Assembly (NCBI GenBank): GCA_046598045.1
Contig: JBKJJJ010000126.1
Coordinates: forward strand, 1-46,484
Length of the DNA: 46,484 nt
Origin: Candidatus Eiseniibacteriota bacterium
Lineage (GTDB): Bacteria > Eisenbacteria > RBG-16-71-46 > DASYSL01
Reading direction: 5' to 3'
The notes under the pieces are model-generated. The model saw only the letters and a program-made list of their open reading frames with translations, searched no databases and had not been told where the DNA came from. Of the stretch, positions 25,494-35,943 are shown piece after piece. Numbering within the stretch: the first letter of the stretch is position 1; every line of letters begins with the position of its first letter. A program made the translations under genes and the position numbers.

Positions 25494-27620
25494 CTAGTTC
25501 TGGCAATTCCCGCTGGTGCAGAGCGTGGTGAAGCTTCGAACCGTCGACCACGCGCTGGTGCCGCCGGTGTTGCTGGCGTTCACCCGCCAGTAATAGACCG
25601 TGCTCGCCGCGAGTCCGGTCACGGCCGTCGAGGTGGTGGTCACGCCCGGCCGGTCGAGGAAGAGTGTGGTGAACGCTGCGCTGGTCGAGACCTGGACGCG
25701 ATACGAGGTCGCCCCCGTAGCCGCGGCCCACGACAGGGTCGGGCTCAACGAAACATTCGTCGCGGCGTTTGCCGGCGAGCTCAGCACCGGTGCCGGCGGC
25801 ACCGCCGAACCGGCCGCGGTCGTGAAGCTCCGCGTCGCGGAGTAGGCACTGGTGCCTCCAGCGTTGCTCGCGCTGACACGCCAGTAGTACACGGTGCTGG
25901 CGCTCAGGCCGGTGGCGCTGGCCGACGTCGTGGTCACGGTCTGGTCATAGGCCAGCACCGTGAACGCCGAGGTCGTGGAAGCCTGAACCCGGTAGCTGGT
26001 CGCCCCCGAAGAGGCATTCCAGGAGAGCGCCGCCGGGATGGCGACTCCGGTCGCCAGATCGGCGGGAGCAACGAGCGTCGGAGCCGCGGGCGGCGGCGGC
26101 GGTGCGACTGCCGCGGTCGTGAAGCTCGAGGTCGTCGAGTAGGCGCTGGTGCCGCCGGCGTTGGTGGCATTCACTCGCCAGTAGTACACGGTGCTGGCAG
26201 CGAGTCCAGAAACGCTCGTCGAAGTGGTGGTGATGTTCGCCTGGTCGTACGCCAGCGTGGTGAAGCTGGCGCTCGTGGAGGCCTGGGCTCGGTACGAAGT
26301 GGCGCCCGAGGAAGCGTTCCAGGTCAGCGTGACCGGCACGGCTACGCCCGTCGCGCCATTGACCGGCGAGGCGAGCGTCGGGGCCACGGGCGGCGGCGGC
26401 GGTGCCGCGCCCACGATGGAATACAACAGCCGGTTCGCCGTTCCGCTCGGCAGGCTCGTGATGACGCCCGTCGTGGCATTTGCCACCAGGCCGCTCTGAA
26501 CTTGCGCCGGTGTCGCCGTGGGGTTCGCTTCGAGGTAGAGCGCGGCGGCTCCGCACACGTGCGGTGAGGACATCGAGGTCCCGGAGATCGTGTTGGTCGC
26601 GGAATTCGACGTGAACCACGCCGACGTGATGTTGACTCCCGGGCCCGAGATGTCGACGACCGCCCCGAAGTTCGAGAAAGACGCGAAGCCGTCGTTGATG
26701 TCGGTCGCACCGACCGTGATGGCCTCCGCGACGCCCGCCGGCGACTGGGTCGAGGCGTCGGCCGTCGAGTTTCCGGCCGAGACGCAGTAGGTCACGCCGT
26801 CCGCGATCGAGTTCCGGACCGCCTGGTCGAGCGCGGCGTCCTTCGGTCCACCGAGGGACATGTTGGCGACCGCCGGACGGGTGGTGTGATCCGCGGTCAC
26901 CCAGTCGATGCCCGCGACCACCTGGGCGTAGCTGCCCGAGCCGGCGCTGTCGAGTACCTTCACCGCGATCAGACGGACAGCCTTCGCCACGCCATATGTG
27001 GCTCCACCCACCGTGCCGGCGGTGTGGGTTCCGTGACCGTTATCATCCGCTGCCGTGCCGCCGATCGTGATCTCGTCTACACCCTTGACCGCTCGCCCAC
27101 CGAACTCGGCGTGCGTGAACCGGATGCCGGTATCGATGCAGTAGGCATCGACTCCCGCACCCGTCTGGTTGTAGGTGTACGAATTGCTCAATGGCAGTGC
27201 GCGCTGATCGATCCGATCCAGCCCCCAAGTGGGATTCGCCTGGATCGCGACGGTGTGCGCGATCTGATCGTGCTCGACGTAGGCGACGTTCGGGTCTGCA
27301 CGCAATTGATCGACCACGGCGGCCGGCAGTTTCGCCGCGAAGCCCTTGATGGCATGCTTGTAGCGATAGTTTGCCTTGATCGAGAACCGCTGGCCGATCT
27401 GATCGACCTCGCCGTCCACATCGGCGACTTCGTCCTTGAACACCACGATGTAGGAGTCTTGGACCCGGGCGTCCGTCGAGGCGTTGCCAAGCATCGGGGC
27501 GGGGGCCAGACGCCTCTGGGCGTGAGGCGAGATGAGCTGCGAAGCATGCTTGGAGCAACCGACGAGTCCGACGGCTTGTGCGAGCCCCAAGACGAGGAGC
27601 AGGGGGGTGGAACGCTTCAT
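25494..27620 (-). CDS. S8 subtilase (proteinase K/aqualysin-like) lipoprotein with I9 propeptide and three FN3-like repeats
   Basis: Lipobox LVGC; WGLDRIDQR; catalytic motifs IDTG, NGHGTHTAG and SGTSMSSPHV; three repeats PxLxSP..LSWNA..GATSYR.Q.ST..LAASTVYYWRV.A.N.GGTSA. Confidence 0.95.
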   Translation of the reverse strand: MKRSTPLLLVLGLAQAVGLVGCSKHASQLISPHAQRRLAPAPMLGNASTDARVQDSYIVVFKDEVADVDGEVDQIGQRFSIKANYRYKHAIKGFAAKLPAAVVDQLRADPNVAYVEHDQIAHTVAIQANPTWGLDRIDQRALPLSNSYTYNQTGAGVDAYCIDTGIRFTHAEFGGRAVKGVDEITIGGTAADDNGHGTHTAGTVGGATYGVAKAVRLIAVKVLDSAGSGSYAQVVAGIDWVTADHTTRPAVANMSLGGPKDAALDQAVRNSIADGVTYCVSAGNSTADASTQSPAGVAEAITVGATDINDGFASFSNFGAVVDISGPGVNITSAWFTSNSATNTISGTSMSSPHVCGAAALYLEANPTATPAQVQSGLVANATTGVITSLPSGTANRLLYSIVGAAPPPPPVAPTLASPVNGATGVAVPVTLTWNASSGATSYRAQASTSASFTTLAYDQANITTTSTSVSGLAASTVYYWRVNATNAGGTSAYSTTSSFTTAAVAPPPPPAAPTLVAPADLATGVAIPAALSWNASSGATSYRVQASTTSAFTVLAYDQTVTTTSASATGLSASTVYYWRVSASNAGGTSAYSATRSFTTAAGSAVPPAPVLSSPANAATNVSLSPTLSWAAATGATSYRVQVSTSAAFTTLFLDRPGVTTTSTAVTGLAASTVYYWRVNASNTGGTSAWSTVRSFTTLCTSGNCQN
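25520..26400 (-). repeat. Three intragenic ~95-aa FN3-like repeats
   Basis: Similarity is visible in protein and DNA (e.g. CGCCAGTAGTACACGGTGCTGGC recurs). Confidence 0.85.
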
Positions 27621-28178
27621 GGCTTCCTCCTGAGAGAGAAAAGCGATTGCTAGTCCACTCATTCGAACGCGCGAATCATCAGAGTGGAACCGCGTGAAGA
27701 CTTGCCCTCCTTGTGCTGGTCGCGTGGCGGAAGCGTGGCGACCCTTTCGCGTGGACGCGCTGGGGCAGGGCGGCGACCCGAGCGCGAAACTTGAGGCTAC
27801 CGGTACCGGGCTCCGTCACCCTGGGGATCAGGAACCCGACCCGCTGCCACGCGAACCGATAAAAACTACGCGATTTGGCAGAAACATGACATCGCCTTCT
27901 TGGGGGAGCCGTGGTCCCCAAAGGCTTCAGAATTCGGCGGGAAGGCCTGTAATCGACTCCACGAAACATCCGGACGGCGAAGGGTGGGAACTCACGGGCT
28001 CGAGGTGAGGATCCCCCCCGTTTCCTGGTGCAGCTGGGCCCTCCCTCTGAGTGTACGACGGGTGTCACATCCACTACGACGCCACCCAGGTTGAAGCGCA
28101 CGAAGATCAGGTTTGTGCCAACGGTTCACGTTGGAAGATCGAAGGTTCCGACCGCGAGCGGCATCGCGCGACTTTGCC

Positions 28179-30238
28179 CTATCGTGCGAGGAGCTTCAGC
28201 AGCGAGTCCGCCTCCGGTCGTTCCTCGTCGTCCTTCGGGATCATGGGCGAAGCGCGCAGCAGTTGTACGCGGGCGGCCGCCGCGTCGCCGCGCACGAGCA
28301 GGTTCTTCGCCAGCTCGAGGCGCAACTCTCCTTCGGCGACGGGACTCTCGGCCAGCGTCGGCGATCGCAGCGCGCTCTCGATCAATGCGCGGCTGCGCTC
28401 GCGCTCGCCCCCGGCCTGAAGGTAGTTGACGTAGGCCCAGGTCAGCTCCGGATCTCCCTTGGTCACCTCGTAGCCCTGCTCGTACGCGCGGCGCGCCTCC
28501 GCACTGTCCCCCAGCTGCGCCGCCGAACGCGCGCTGAGCACGTAGGTCCAGGACCAGGAGTAGCGCTGGTCGCGCAGCGGCTTGAGCGTGTCGAAGGCGC
28601 GGCGGTACTGGTGCGTCGTGTAATAGCCGCGGCCGAGGAGATAGGTGAAGAAGCGATTCTCGGGATAGAGCTGCGACAGCTCCGAAGCCGCGCGAACGAT
28701 GCCCGGCGCGTCCCCCGAGACCACCGCCTCCTGCAGGTCGATGCGAAGCTGGCCGCGATGGTCCGCCCTCGGGCGGAGCCGCCGCATTGCGGCGCGCGTG
28801 AGGGCGAGCCGGGGCTCGTCCCCGAGGTTCCAGTACGCGCCGGAGAGCTCGCTCTGGGCTGCGACGAACGTCGAGTCGAGCTCGATCGCCTTCTCGTACG
28901 CGGTCGCCGCCTCCTTCCAGTGCGAGGCGAGCAAGGCCTGGTGGCCGCGCAGGTAGAGCCGGTAGGCGTCGGCCGAGGTGGTCGTGATCTCGCGCAGCCA
29001 GCCCTCGGCCTCCTTGTCGCCCGTGAGGTTCACCTCGAGTGCGACCTGCAGATCGGGGATCAACCGCGCGACCACATGGAACATCCCGCTGTCCGCGGGT
29101 CCGGTCACCGTGGAGGAGCGGACGGGGCGCCCGTCGGCGGTGTCGACGATCCGGCCCAGGATCTGGAGCTGGTCGCCCGAGTGGAGAATGCTGCCCGAGA
29201 GAGCGCGCGTGATCCCATGCCTGGCGAGGAACGCGTTGTCGAGCCTGGGCGCCTTGTCGTTGGCCGCGAGATCGGCCAGGCGCTGGGCGTCGAACACGTC
29301 GAGCTCGGAAGACTGGACGAGAGCGGCGCTGACGAGCTCGGAGACTCCGCGCTTCATCCAGTCGAGCGCAGGCTCGCCGGTGACGTTCTCGAAGTCGAGC
29401 ACCGCGACCGCGCGCTTCGCGCTCGCGACCGCGGGCGTGGCGGGAGTCCGCGGCGGCCTAGGTCCTTTGCTCGCCAGCGTCCAGGCCGCAATCGCGGCGA
29501 CCGCGACCCCCACCGCAAGCCACGCCGCGACCGGGCGCCTGCGCCGGGTGACCGGCACGATCGAGCCGCGCAGCGCCGCGACGACCTCGCCGGCGTCCTT
29601 GAACCTCTCGGCCGGCTCCTTCGCGAGGCAGCGCAGGACGACCGGTGAGCATCTGGTAGAAGACGACGCCGAGCGAGAACACGTCGCTTCGGGCAATCGG
29701 CCAGCGTGCCCCTGTAGACCTCGGGCGCGGTGAAGCCGATCGTCCCCGAGTATTGGCCCGTCTGAGTCAGCCGCGTGTCGTTGCCGTGGAGCGCGATGCC
29801 GAAATCGACGATCCTCGGCACATCCCCCTGGACGACGATGTTCGCGGTCTTGATGTCGCGATGGACGATACCGCGCGCGTGCGCCGCCGCAAGCCCCTCG
29901 GCAATGCGCGGAACCAGCGTGCGGGCGAGTTCCGGCTCGAGGGCGCCCAACTCATCGAGCGTGCGCCCCTCGATGTAGGCCAGCACCATGAACAGCCGGC
30001 CCGCGTCCTCCTCGACGCCGTGGACCGCGCCGACGTAGGGATGGTCGAGCGCGGCGAGGGCGCGGGCCTCACGCTCGAAGCGCGAGCGCGCCTCGGGATT
30101 CGCCGCGAGGTGGGCATGGATGAACTTGAGGGCGACCTTGCGGTCAAGCTTGAGGTCATGGGCGAGCCAGACCTCGCCCATGCCGCCGGCGCCGAGCTTG
30201 CGCTCGATGCGGAAGTGACCGACCGTCGTGCCGAGCAT
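28179..30238 (-). pseudogene. Ser/Thr kinase-TPR protein, frameshifted and internally deleted
   Basis: Kinase motifs are spread over three frames: LGAGGMGEVW..HRDIKTAN..DFG..TAPE; then SDVFSLGVVFYQMLTG after a +1 base near 29696; then VVLRCLAKEP after an apparent deletion near 29641. Confidence 0.8.
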
Positions 30239-30336
30239 GCGCGGGAGAATACCGCAATGGCCGAAGGCCCGGCCAGGTTTCCCCGACCGGGCCACATGCT
30301 CATTCGGCCAGCACGACCTGCTGTGTCCGATCGTGC

Positions 30337-33300
30337 CTAGTGGACGATAACGACGCGCATCGCGCGGGTCTCGCCCAGCGCCCGGACCACCAGGAAGTAC
30401 ACGCCGGGGGCCATGCCCTCACCGACCGCGAGGTCATGTGGACCGGCCTCGTACGCGCCCCTTGCGATACGAGCGACGCGACGACCAGCCACGTCCTGCA
30501 GCGAGACATCGACGTCGGCGGCCGATTCGAGCGTCAGACGGAAGCGGGCTCCGCCCCGCGTCGGCTGCGCACCCAGCAGCGCGATGTGCACGCCCGGGGG
30601 AATCAAGCTCGGCGTCTCGGGCACGCTCACGAGTCCTGAGAGCGAAAGAAACTCGGCGCCGTCGACGTTGCCGTCTCCGTTGCCGGCAGGCGCCTGCGCG
30701 AGCAGCGCGCCGCCCGGCCCCTGGGCGTATTTCGCGAGCGCCAGGTAGAGGTTGGGCGGGTTCCTTCCGAAGAGCAGTCCGACGTCCACCACGCCCTCGA
30801 GCACGGCCGCGGAGGTGTCCACGGTGACGCTCGTGAGCGGCGCCTCCGTGCCATCGGCCCAGGCCGAAGGGTCCCCGGTCGCGCGCCCGAACAGCGACGC
30901 GTTCCATGCGCCGGCCTGCCCCGCCTTGCCGAGCGGCGCCGCGCGTAACGCGCCGCGCGCGTCGGAGAGGAGGACGACCATGTCGCCGCCCTGAGCCGCC
31001 GCCGCGTTGGTCGCAAGGTAGAGCTGCGGCGGCTGGTAAACGCCGTAGAGCGTGATCCCGCCGTTCGTAGCGAGCGGCGCTGCCGCGGCATCGAGCACGC
31101 CGTTCATCACGAACTTGCCCGTCGGGCGCGGCGCCGGAAGGTTGTCGAGCACTCTCTCTTGCGCTCCATCCGGTTCGGGCAGGGACTCGGGCCCGGTGAG
31201 CATTCCGATGGCTGCATAGTCGCCGTTCGAGACGACCGCGTCGGGATGATGGAATCGCGGGGTCGAACGGAAGTTGTACTTCAGGACGTCCCAATCCGAC
31301 GCGGCATACAGCGTCTGGCCGACTGACGATTTAGTGTTCGTGATGCCCTGACAATCGAGGGTGCCGTGGCCTGGCTCGTTGATGTCCACCGGCACGACCC
31401 GTGTATACAATCCGTCGCCGTTCCAGTCGACGCCGAAGCCGTACTCTGCGCGCGCCTGCCGAACCGTGTACATGGAGTCGGTGTAGGGCACCGTAATGAT
31501 GGGGCCGGGGCCGGATACGAGGCCCGCCGATTCTCTCAAACCCGTCTCGTTCAGGTGGATGAATTGGGGGTCCAGGCCCGGCTTGTGCGCGTAGTCGAGT
31601 CGCCAGGCGTTCGGGGCCGCCCACTTGCGCGGAATGGCCCACGTATAGTTCATGATGCTGTAGTAGTTCGGCTTAAAATTATCTGCCTCGAGCGCTCCCC
31701 CGTGATCAAGGCCGAGCGTATGCCCCAGTTCGTGCATGAATGTGCCGGCATTGACCTGAATGTCCCCGATCAGCTCGGAATTACCACAGGGACCGGTGCT
31801 GCCGAGCCCGACGACGAAGTCGTCCGTGGCCGAAAAGAAGTCATATTCCGCAATTCCAAGACTCGTCGTGTCGCCGGTGGACGAGGTGAAGGTGCGAGCG
31901 AACATGCAGTAGCGGTAGACCAGGCGTTTGGCCGCGAGAATGGATGGACTGTTCAAGTTGTTCTTCTCGGCCTGCGTGCCGAATGTCGTCAGCTTGAGCT
32001 GATCCAGGTCCACGAATGTGTTCGCCAGGGGTTGCTGCGGGATGTCCGTCTCGTCGAGGAGGGCGTGGAGGTTGATCCCGTCGAGCCCGTCGGGATTCTG
32101 GACCTCGTCCTGCGGCGCACGTGCGAAGGCGTCGATCACCATCTGGATCGAGAAGACCGGTGGCACGTGTCCGTTCATCGCATCGATTTCGACGAAGACG
32201 TCCTTGTGGTTCGAGCGCGCGCCGCGCGCGTAGAGGTCGAGATCGCGCACGCCGTCGCTATTGATGTCAATGCCCCAGTTTTCTGTCTCCCAGCAATCCA
32301 TGATGCCGTCCGCATCTGAGTCCATGAGGCATAGGCACTGGGAAAATTCGGACGTCGATCCGTCGAGGATGTCGGTCGCCGTCGCCGTGATGTAGTTCGG
32401 CGGCGCGAAAGCGGCCGGCGTGATCACGGCGAACTGGACCTTGCCCGTCGCGTCTGTCGTGACGTCCGCCGAAGCGCGCAGGGATCGACCCTCGCCAAAG
32501 TGCGCAGTGCCGCAGGTCTGGTTGTCGTAGAAGACGAGTCGATACGACCGGTTGGGACGGCTGTTCAGCTTGCCGAGGATTCTCAGCTCCGAAGGCGTGA
32601 CGCGGACGGAGTCGAGGATGGGAAAATTCTGCAGGTCGTTCGCGCCGGTGTCCGCGTCGAGGATGTCGTTGATCGTCAGCCCCCGCGGGAAATTGTCGAT
32701 CCCGAACTGGCCGTTCTGGAAGATCGAGTTGCCCTCGATGACGTACTTCGATCCCGTGGAATCGAAGACGCCCGCCCGCCCGTTGAACGCGATCACGTTG
32801 TCGAACTTCACCTCCGCGCTGGACGAGTTGAGCACGATGCCGTCGAGCAGGTTCCCGACCGCACCCGTACCGGAAGGATTGGTGCCGATCCGGTTGCCGT
32901 AGATCATGTTGCCGGTCGCCGCGGCGCCGCGAATCTCGACACCGTATTGCACGTTTCCGGAAACCACGTTCCCCGCGCCCAGAGTGTTCCCGATCGTGTT
33001 GTTCGGGGAGTTATTGATCAGGATTCCCTTGAGCATCGGCAGGGCCGCCGTTCCAGTCGAATCGGTTCCAACGTAGTTGCCGGTGATCGTGTTCTGGCTG
33101 GCGCCGTTGATCACCGCGATTCCGGTGAAAGACGGACTGCCGGAAACGAGGTTGCGCGCCGCGAGGGTCGTGCCCCCGATCATCGAGTTCGTGACGTTGT
33201 TGAGCACGATGCCGGTTCCGTCACCGAGGCCCACGTTCCCCGCGGCGGTCGTACAGATGAAATTGCCCTGGACGGAATTGCCGGTCCCCGGTCCGAAGAG

Positions 33301-34407
33301 GTAAACCCCCGGAAATTCGTTTCCCGAGATCACGTTGCGACCGGCGAACGTCCCGTCGCCGATCTTGTTGTTGGACGCTTGATCCAGGTTGACGCCGTTC
33401 TGCTGGTTTCCCCAGTCGAGCGTTCCGGACGGATCCGTCCCGATGTAGTTGCCGACGACAAGCGTCCGCTGGCACGCGAACCCGATGAAGATCCCCGGCA
33501 GCGCGTTCCCCGAGATCACGTTGCGCGCTCCGGGGACGGTGCCGCCGATCGTGTTGTCCGAAGCATTGAGGAAGATTCCGTTGCCGCCGTTCGCAAGGAC
33601 GGCGGTGCCGAGCCCGTTGAGGCCGATCCAGTTCCCCTGGATCGTGTTGAAGCCGCCGTTGCCCGTCCCGATCTGGATGCCCGAGGACGTGTTCCCCGAG
33701 AGCACGTTGCGCTGAGTCGCCGTGGTGCCGCCGATTCGGTTGTTGATCGAGCCGTTGAAGATCGCAATGCCATTCACGGCGTTCGGCTGCGCGGTCGTTC
33801 CGTCCGCGCCGAGGCCGATCCAGCAACCCTCGATCGCGTTGTTACCCAGCACGTCGAGTACGATGCCGAACCCGCCCGAGCCCGTCGTCAGCCAGCGGTT
33901 GATGATCAATCCCCGCACCGTGCTGTTCCCCGCCTTGATCACGAGCCCGATCGCGTTCGGTCCGGCCGAGGTGCCGGCCAGCTCGACAATCGGAACTCCC
34001 GCGAAGCCCGGCTGCGTCGTGCCATCGATCACGACGGGGTCGACGATGTCCGGAAGCTGCGATCCCGGCGTCAGCGAGACGCTGCCGCTGCCGATCGCGA
34101 AGGTGATCAGGTCGAGGCCGGGGCTCGCGTTTGCCGAGGTGATCGCCGTGCGCAAGGACCCGGGAACATTGTCGGCGGGCGTGGTCACGGTGAACGTCGC
34201 ATTGATGCGCTGGGGCGCGGATTCCGCCAGGCCAGCCTGCGATCCCGGGGCTCTCGGCGCGACGATCGCACCGTAAGAGACCTGGGCCGGGTGATCGGCC
34301 GGGTCGTTCGCCCGGCCGACGCCGTAACCGGCGGGCAGCGGCGCCGCGCCAATCGGTTGGAACGAAAGGGCCAGCGAGACGGAAACGAGGAAAACACGGG
34401 TTTTCAT
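30337..34407 (-). CDS. Large secreted protein: beta-helix repeats, zinc metalloprotease motif and C-terminal sorting domain
   Basis: Signal peptide; GSLRTAI, recurring RNVISGN/GNYIGTD repeats; DSDADGIMD; FMHELGHTLGLDHGG..YYSIMNY (HExxHxxGxxH with Met-turn); DVAGRRVA..PGVYFL tail. Confidence 0.88.
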   Translation of the reverse strand: MKTRVFLVSVSLALSFQPIGAAPLPAGYGVGRANDPADHPAQVSYGAIVAPRAPGSQAGLAESAPQRINATFTVTTPADNVPGSLRTAITSANASPGLDLITFAIGSGSVSLTPGSQLPDIVDPVVIDGTTQPGFAGVPIVELAGTSAGPNAIGLVIKAGNSTVRGLIINRWLTTGSGGFGIVLDVLGNNAIEGCWIGLGADGTTAQPNAVNGIAIFNGSINNRIGGTTATQRNVLSGNTSSGIQIGTGNGGFNTIQGNWIGLNGLGTAVLANGGNGIFLNASDNTIGGTVPGARNVISGNALPGIFIGFACQRTLVVGNYIGTDPSGTLDWGNQQNGVNLDQASNNKIGDGTFAGRNVISGNEFPGVYLFGPGTGNSVQGNFICTTAAGNVGLGDGTGIVLNNVTNSMIGGTTLAARNLVSGSPSFTGIAVINGASQNTITGNYVGTDSTGTAALPMLKGILINNSPNNTIGNTLGAGNVVSGNVQYGVEIRGAAATGNMIYGNRIGTNPSGTGAVGNLLDGIVLNSSSAEVKFDNVIAFNGRAGVFDSTGSKYVIEGNSIFQNGQFGIDNFPRGLTINDILDADTGANDLQNFPILDSVRVTPSELRILGKLNSRPNRSYRLVFYDNQTCGTAHFGEGRSLRASADVTTDATGKVQFAVITPAAFAPPNYITATATDILDGSTSEFSQCLCLMDSDADGIMDCWETENWGIDINSDGVRDLDLYARGARSNHKDVFVEIDAMNGHVPPVFSIQMVIDAFARAPQDEVQNPDGLDGINLHALLDETDIPQQPLANTFVDLDQLKLTTFGTQAEKNNLNSPSILAAKRLVYRYCMFARTFTSSTGDTTSLGIAEYDFFSATDDFVVGLGSTGPCGNSELIGDIQVNAGTFMHELGHTLGLDHGGALEADNFKPNYYSIMNYTWAIPRKWAAPNAWRLDYAHKPGLDPQFIHLNETGLRESAGLVSGPGPIITVPYTDSMYTVRQARAEYGFGVDWNGDGLYTRVVPVDINEPGHGTLDCQGITNTKSSVGQTLYAASDWDVLKYNFRSTPRFHHPDAVVSNGDYAAIGMLTGPESLPEPDGAQERVLDNLPAPRPTGKFVMNGVLDAAAAPLATNGGITLYGVYQPPQLYLATNAAAAQGGDMVVLLSDARGALRAAPLGKAGQAGAWNASLFGRATGDPSAWADGTEAPLTSVTVDTSAAVLEGVVDVGLLFGRNPPNLYLALAKYAQGPGGALLAQAPAGNGDGNVDGAEFLSLSGLVSVPETPSLIPPGVHIALLGAQPTRGGARFRLTLESAADVDVSLQDVAGRRVARIARGAYEAGPHDLAVGEGMAPGVYFLVVRALGETRAMRVVIVH

Positions 34408-34484
34408 GGCGGGCTCCGGCGGAAGGTCGGGGGTGTGGACGCGTCTACTACCGGATAGCAACAAATCCAGACGAACTGGCTCAG

Positions 34485-34910
34485 TTGCTTTTTCCCGCAA
34501 TCCGGGCCGATCCGCTCGTGGGGAAGCTCATCGCCGGCTTCCAGGACCTGTTCTGCACCCGCGAGATGGTCGAGATGGTTTGGGGCGAGGCCCAGCGGCT
34601 GATCGAGAAGGAGCGGCCCGAGATCGTCGCCGAGGCTGGCAAGGTCGAGCACGACCTCGCGCGGGCCGCGCTCGCGCGGCAGGGCGAACGGCTCTCGTTG
34701 CCCACGCTCGACCTAGACGAAGTGGCACGTCTGCTCGCCGACTCTGAACGCTGGTTCGAGTCCCACCTCGACTCAGAACGAAAACGCCTCCTCCACCGAT
34801 TGGTGAAGGGGGTGCGGGTGCAATCGCGGGACACGGCTGAGGTCTGGTACGCCTTCCCTCGGACACCAGCCGGGGAAGGCCGGACCGCACACAGCCACAT
34901 TTGGCTCGGC
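34485..34910 (+). pseudogene. C-terminal remnant of a large serine recombinase
   Basis: IRADPLVGKLI.. followed by a short coiled coil and ERKRLLHRLVKGVRV..AEVWY, resembling LSR C-termini. No catalytic domain; the fragment ends in an att-like repeat. Confidence 0.6.
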
Positions 34911-34932
34911 GCATTGGTCAGTATGCGAGCCG
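34883..34932. repeat. att-like site 1
   Basis: GACCGCACACAGCCACATTTGGCTCG (34883-34908) is identical to 43367-43392; the right arm resembles that of site 2. Confidence 0.85.
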
Positions 34933-35052
34933 ATCTGAATGCTGCAGTCCGCCAGGCAGGCAGCGCAGACAAGACGTCCACGAAATCGAGGTAAGCCCAA
35001 GTCGCGAACTCGAGGTCCTCGACTGCGAGCAGGAACGTGTCGGGAACTGCCG

Positions 35053-35817
35053 TCAGGCCGGCCCGACTTTCAGCAAGCGCGTGGCCATGAGACGCAGCTC
35101 GGACAGGCTGTGCCCGGTTGCGGATCGAATCGATCGAGCCATGTGGCTCTGGTCGGCAAAACCGACTTCCAGGGCGATACTGGATGCCGCCTTGTGGCTC
35201 CACAAGGCCGCGCCGATCGCTGCCGAGGTGCGCTGGACGAGCCGGAATGCGCTCGGCGATACGCCGTACCAGCCACGAAACGCCCGCGCGAGATAGACCG
35301 GGTGAACGCCCGCGTCCGCGGCGACGACGCTCAGCGGCGAGTCCGGGCAGTCGCTCAGTCGTTCCTCGACCCTCCGAAGCCATCGCGGCGGAACGCCCTT
35401 CCTGCGCTCCACCCTGGTGCCGAGAGCGAGCAACTCGAACGTTGCATCGCACAACCGGTCCGGCGAGGCGAACGAGGCGAGCACGTCGTTGTAGTCCCGC
35501 CTCATCAGGGGCTGCCAGTTCCACTCCGCCGAAGGCACCATCGCCGCCCAATGGTGAGGGTCGTGAATGGCCACGGACAGGGTCAGCGCGCCGTTGCGTC
35601 CATAGACATCGCTGTGGGGAACCCCGGGCGGCTTGATCGAGATGGAGGAGGCGCCGGCGGTCACCTCCGCGCGGCCGACCACCTCGTGAACCGTGCCGCT
35701 CAACAACAGGGAGACCGTCGGCGTCGGATGGCTGTGCAGCGCTTGCACCGAGCCCTCCCGATAGAAGCCGAGCGCACAGGTGACTCCGGCCGATTCGTAG
35801 AGGAGCGTGCTCCCCAT
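35053..35817 (-). CDS. AraC family transcriptional regulator
   Basis: Cupin HSH..PPGVPHSD; PPRWLRRV; VAADAGVHPVYLARAFR; IALEVGFADQSHMARSIRSATGHS. Confidence 0.92.
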   Translation of the reverse strand: MGSTLLYESAGVTCALGFYREGSVQALHSHPTPTVSLLLSGTVHEVVGRAEVTAGASSISIKPPGVPHSDVYGRNGALTLSVAIHDPHHWAAMVPSAEWNWQPLMRRDYNDVLASFASPDRLCDATFELLALGTRVERRKGVPPRWLRRVEERLSDCPDSPLSVVAADAGVHPVYLARAFRGWYGVSPSAFRLVQRTSAAIGAALWSHKAASSIALEVGFADQSHMARSIRSATGHSLSELRLMATRLLKVGPA

Positions 35818-35943
35818 CGGCCGTTCGGCGTTCTCCTCCAGGTTCGATTGATTCAAGACATGTCCCTCAGGCTCCACTAGTTTCCTTCCAACCCCAACGC
35901 GGCGCGAGGCGATTCGAGCCTCGCACGATCCCCGGAGATTGTC

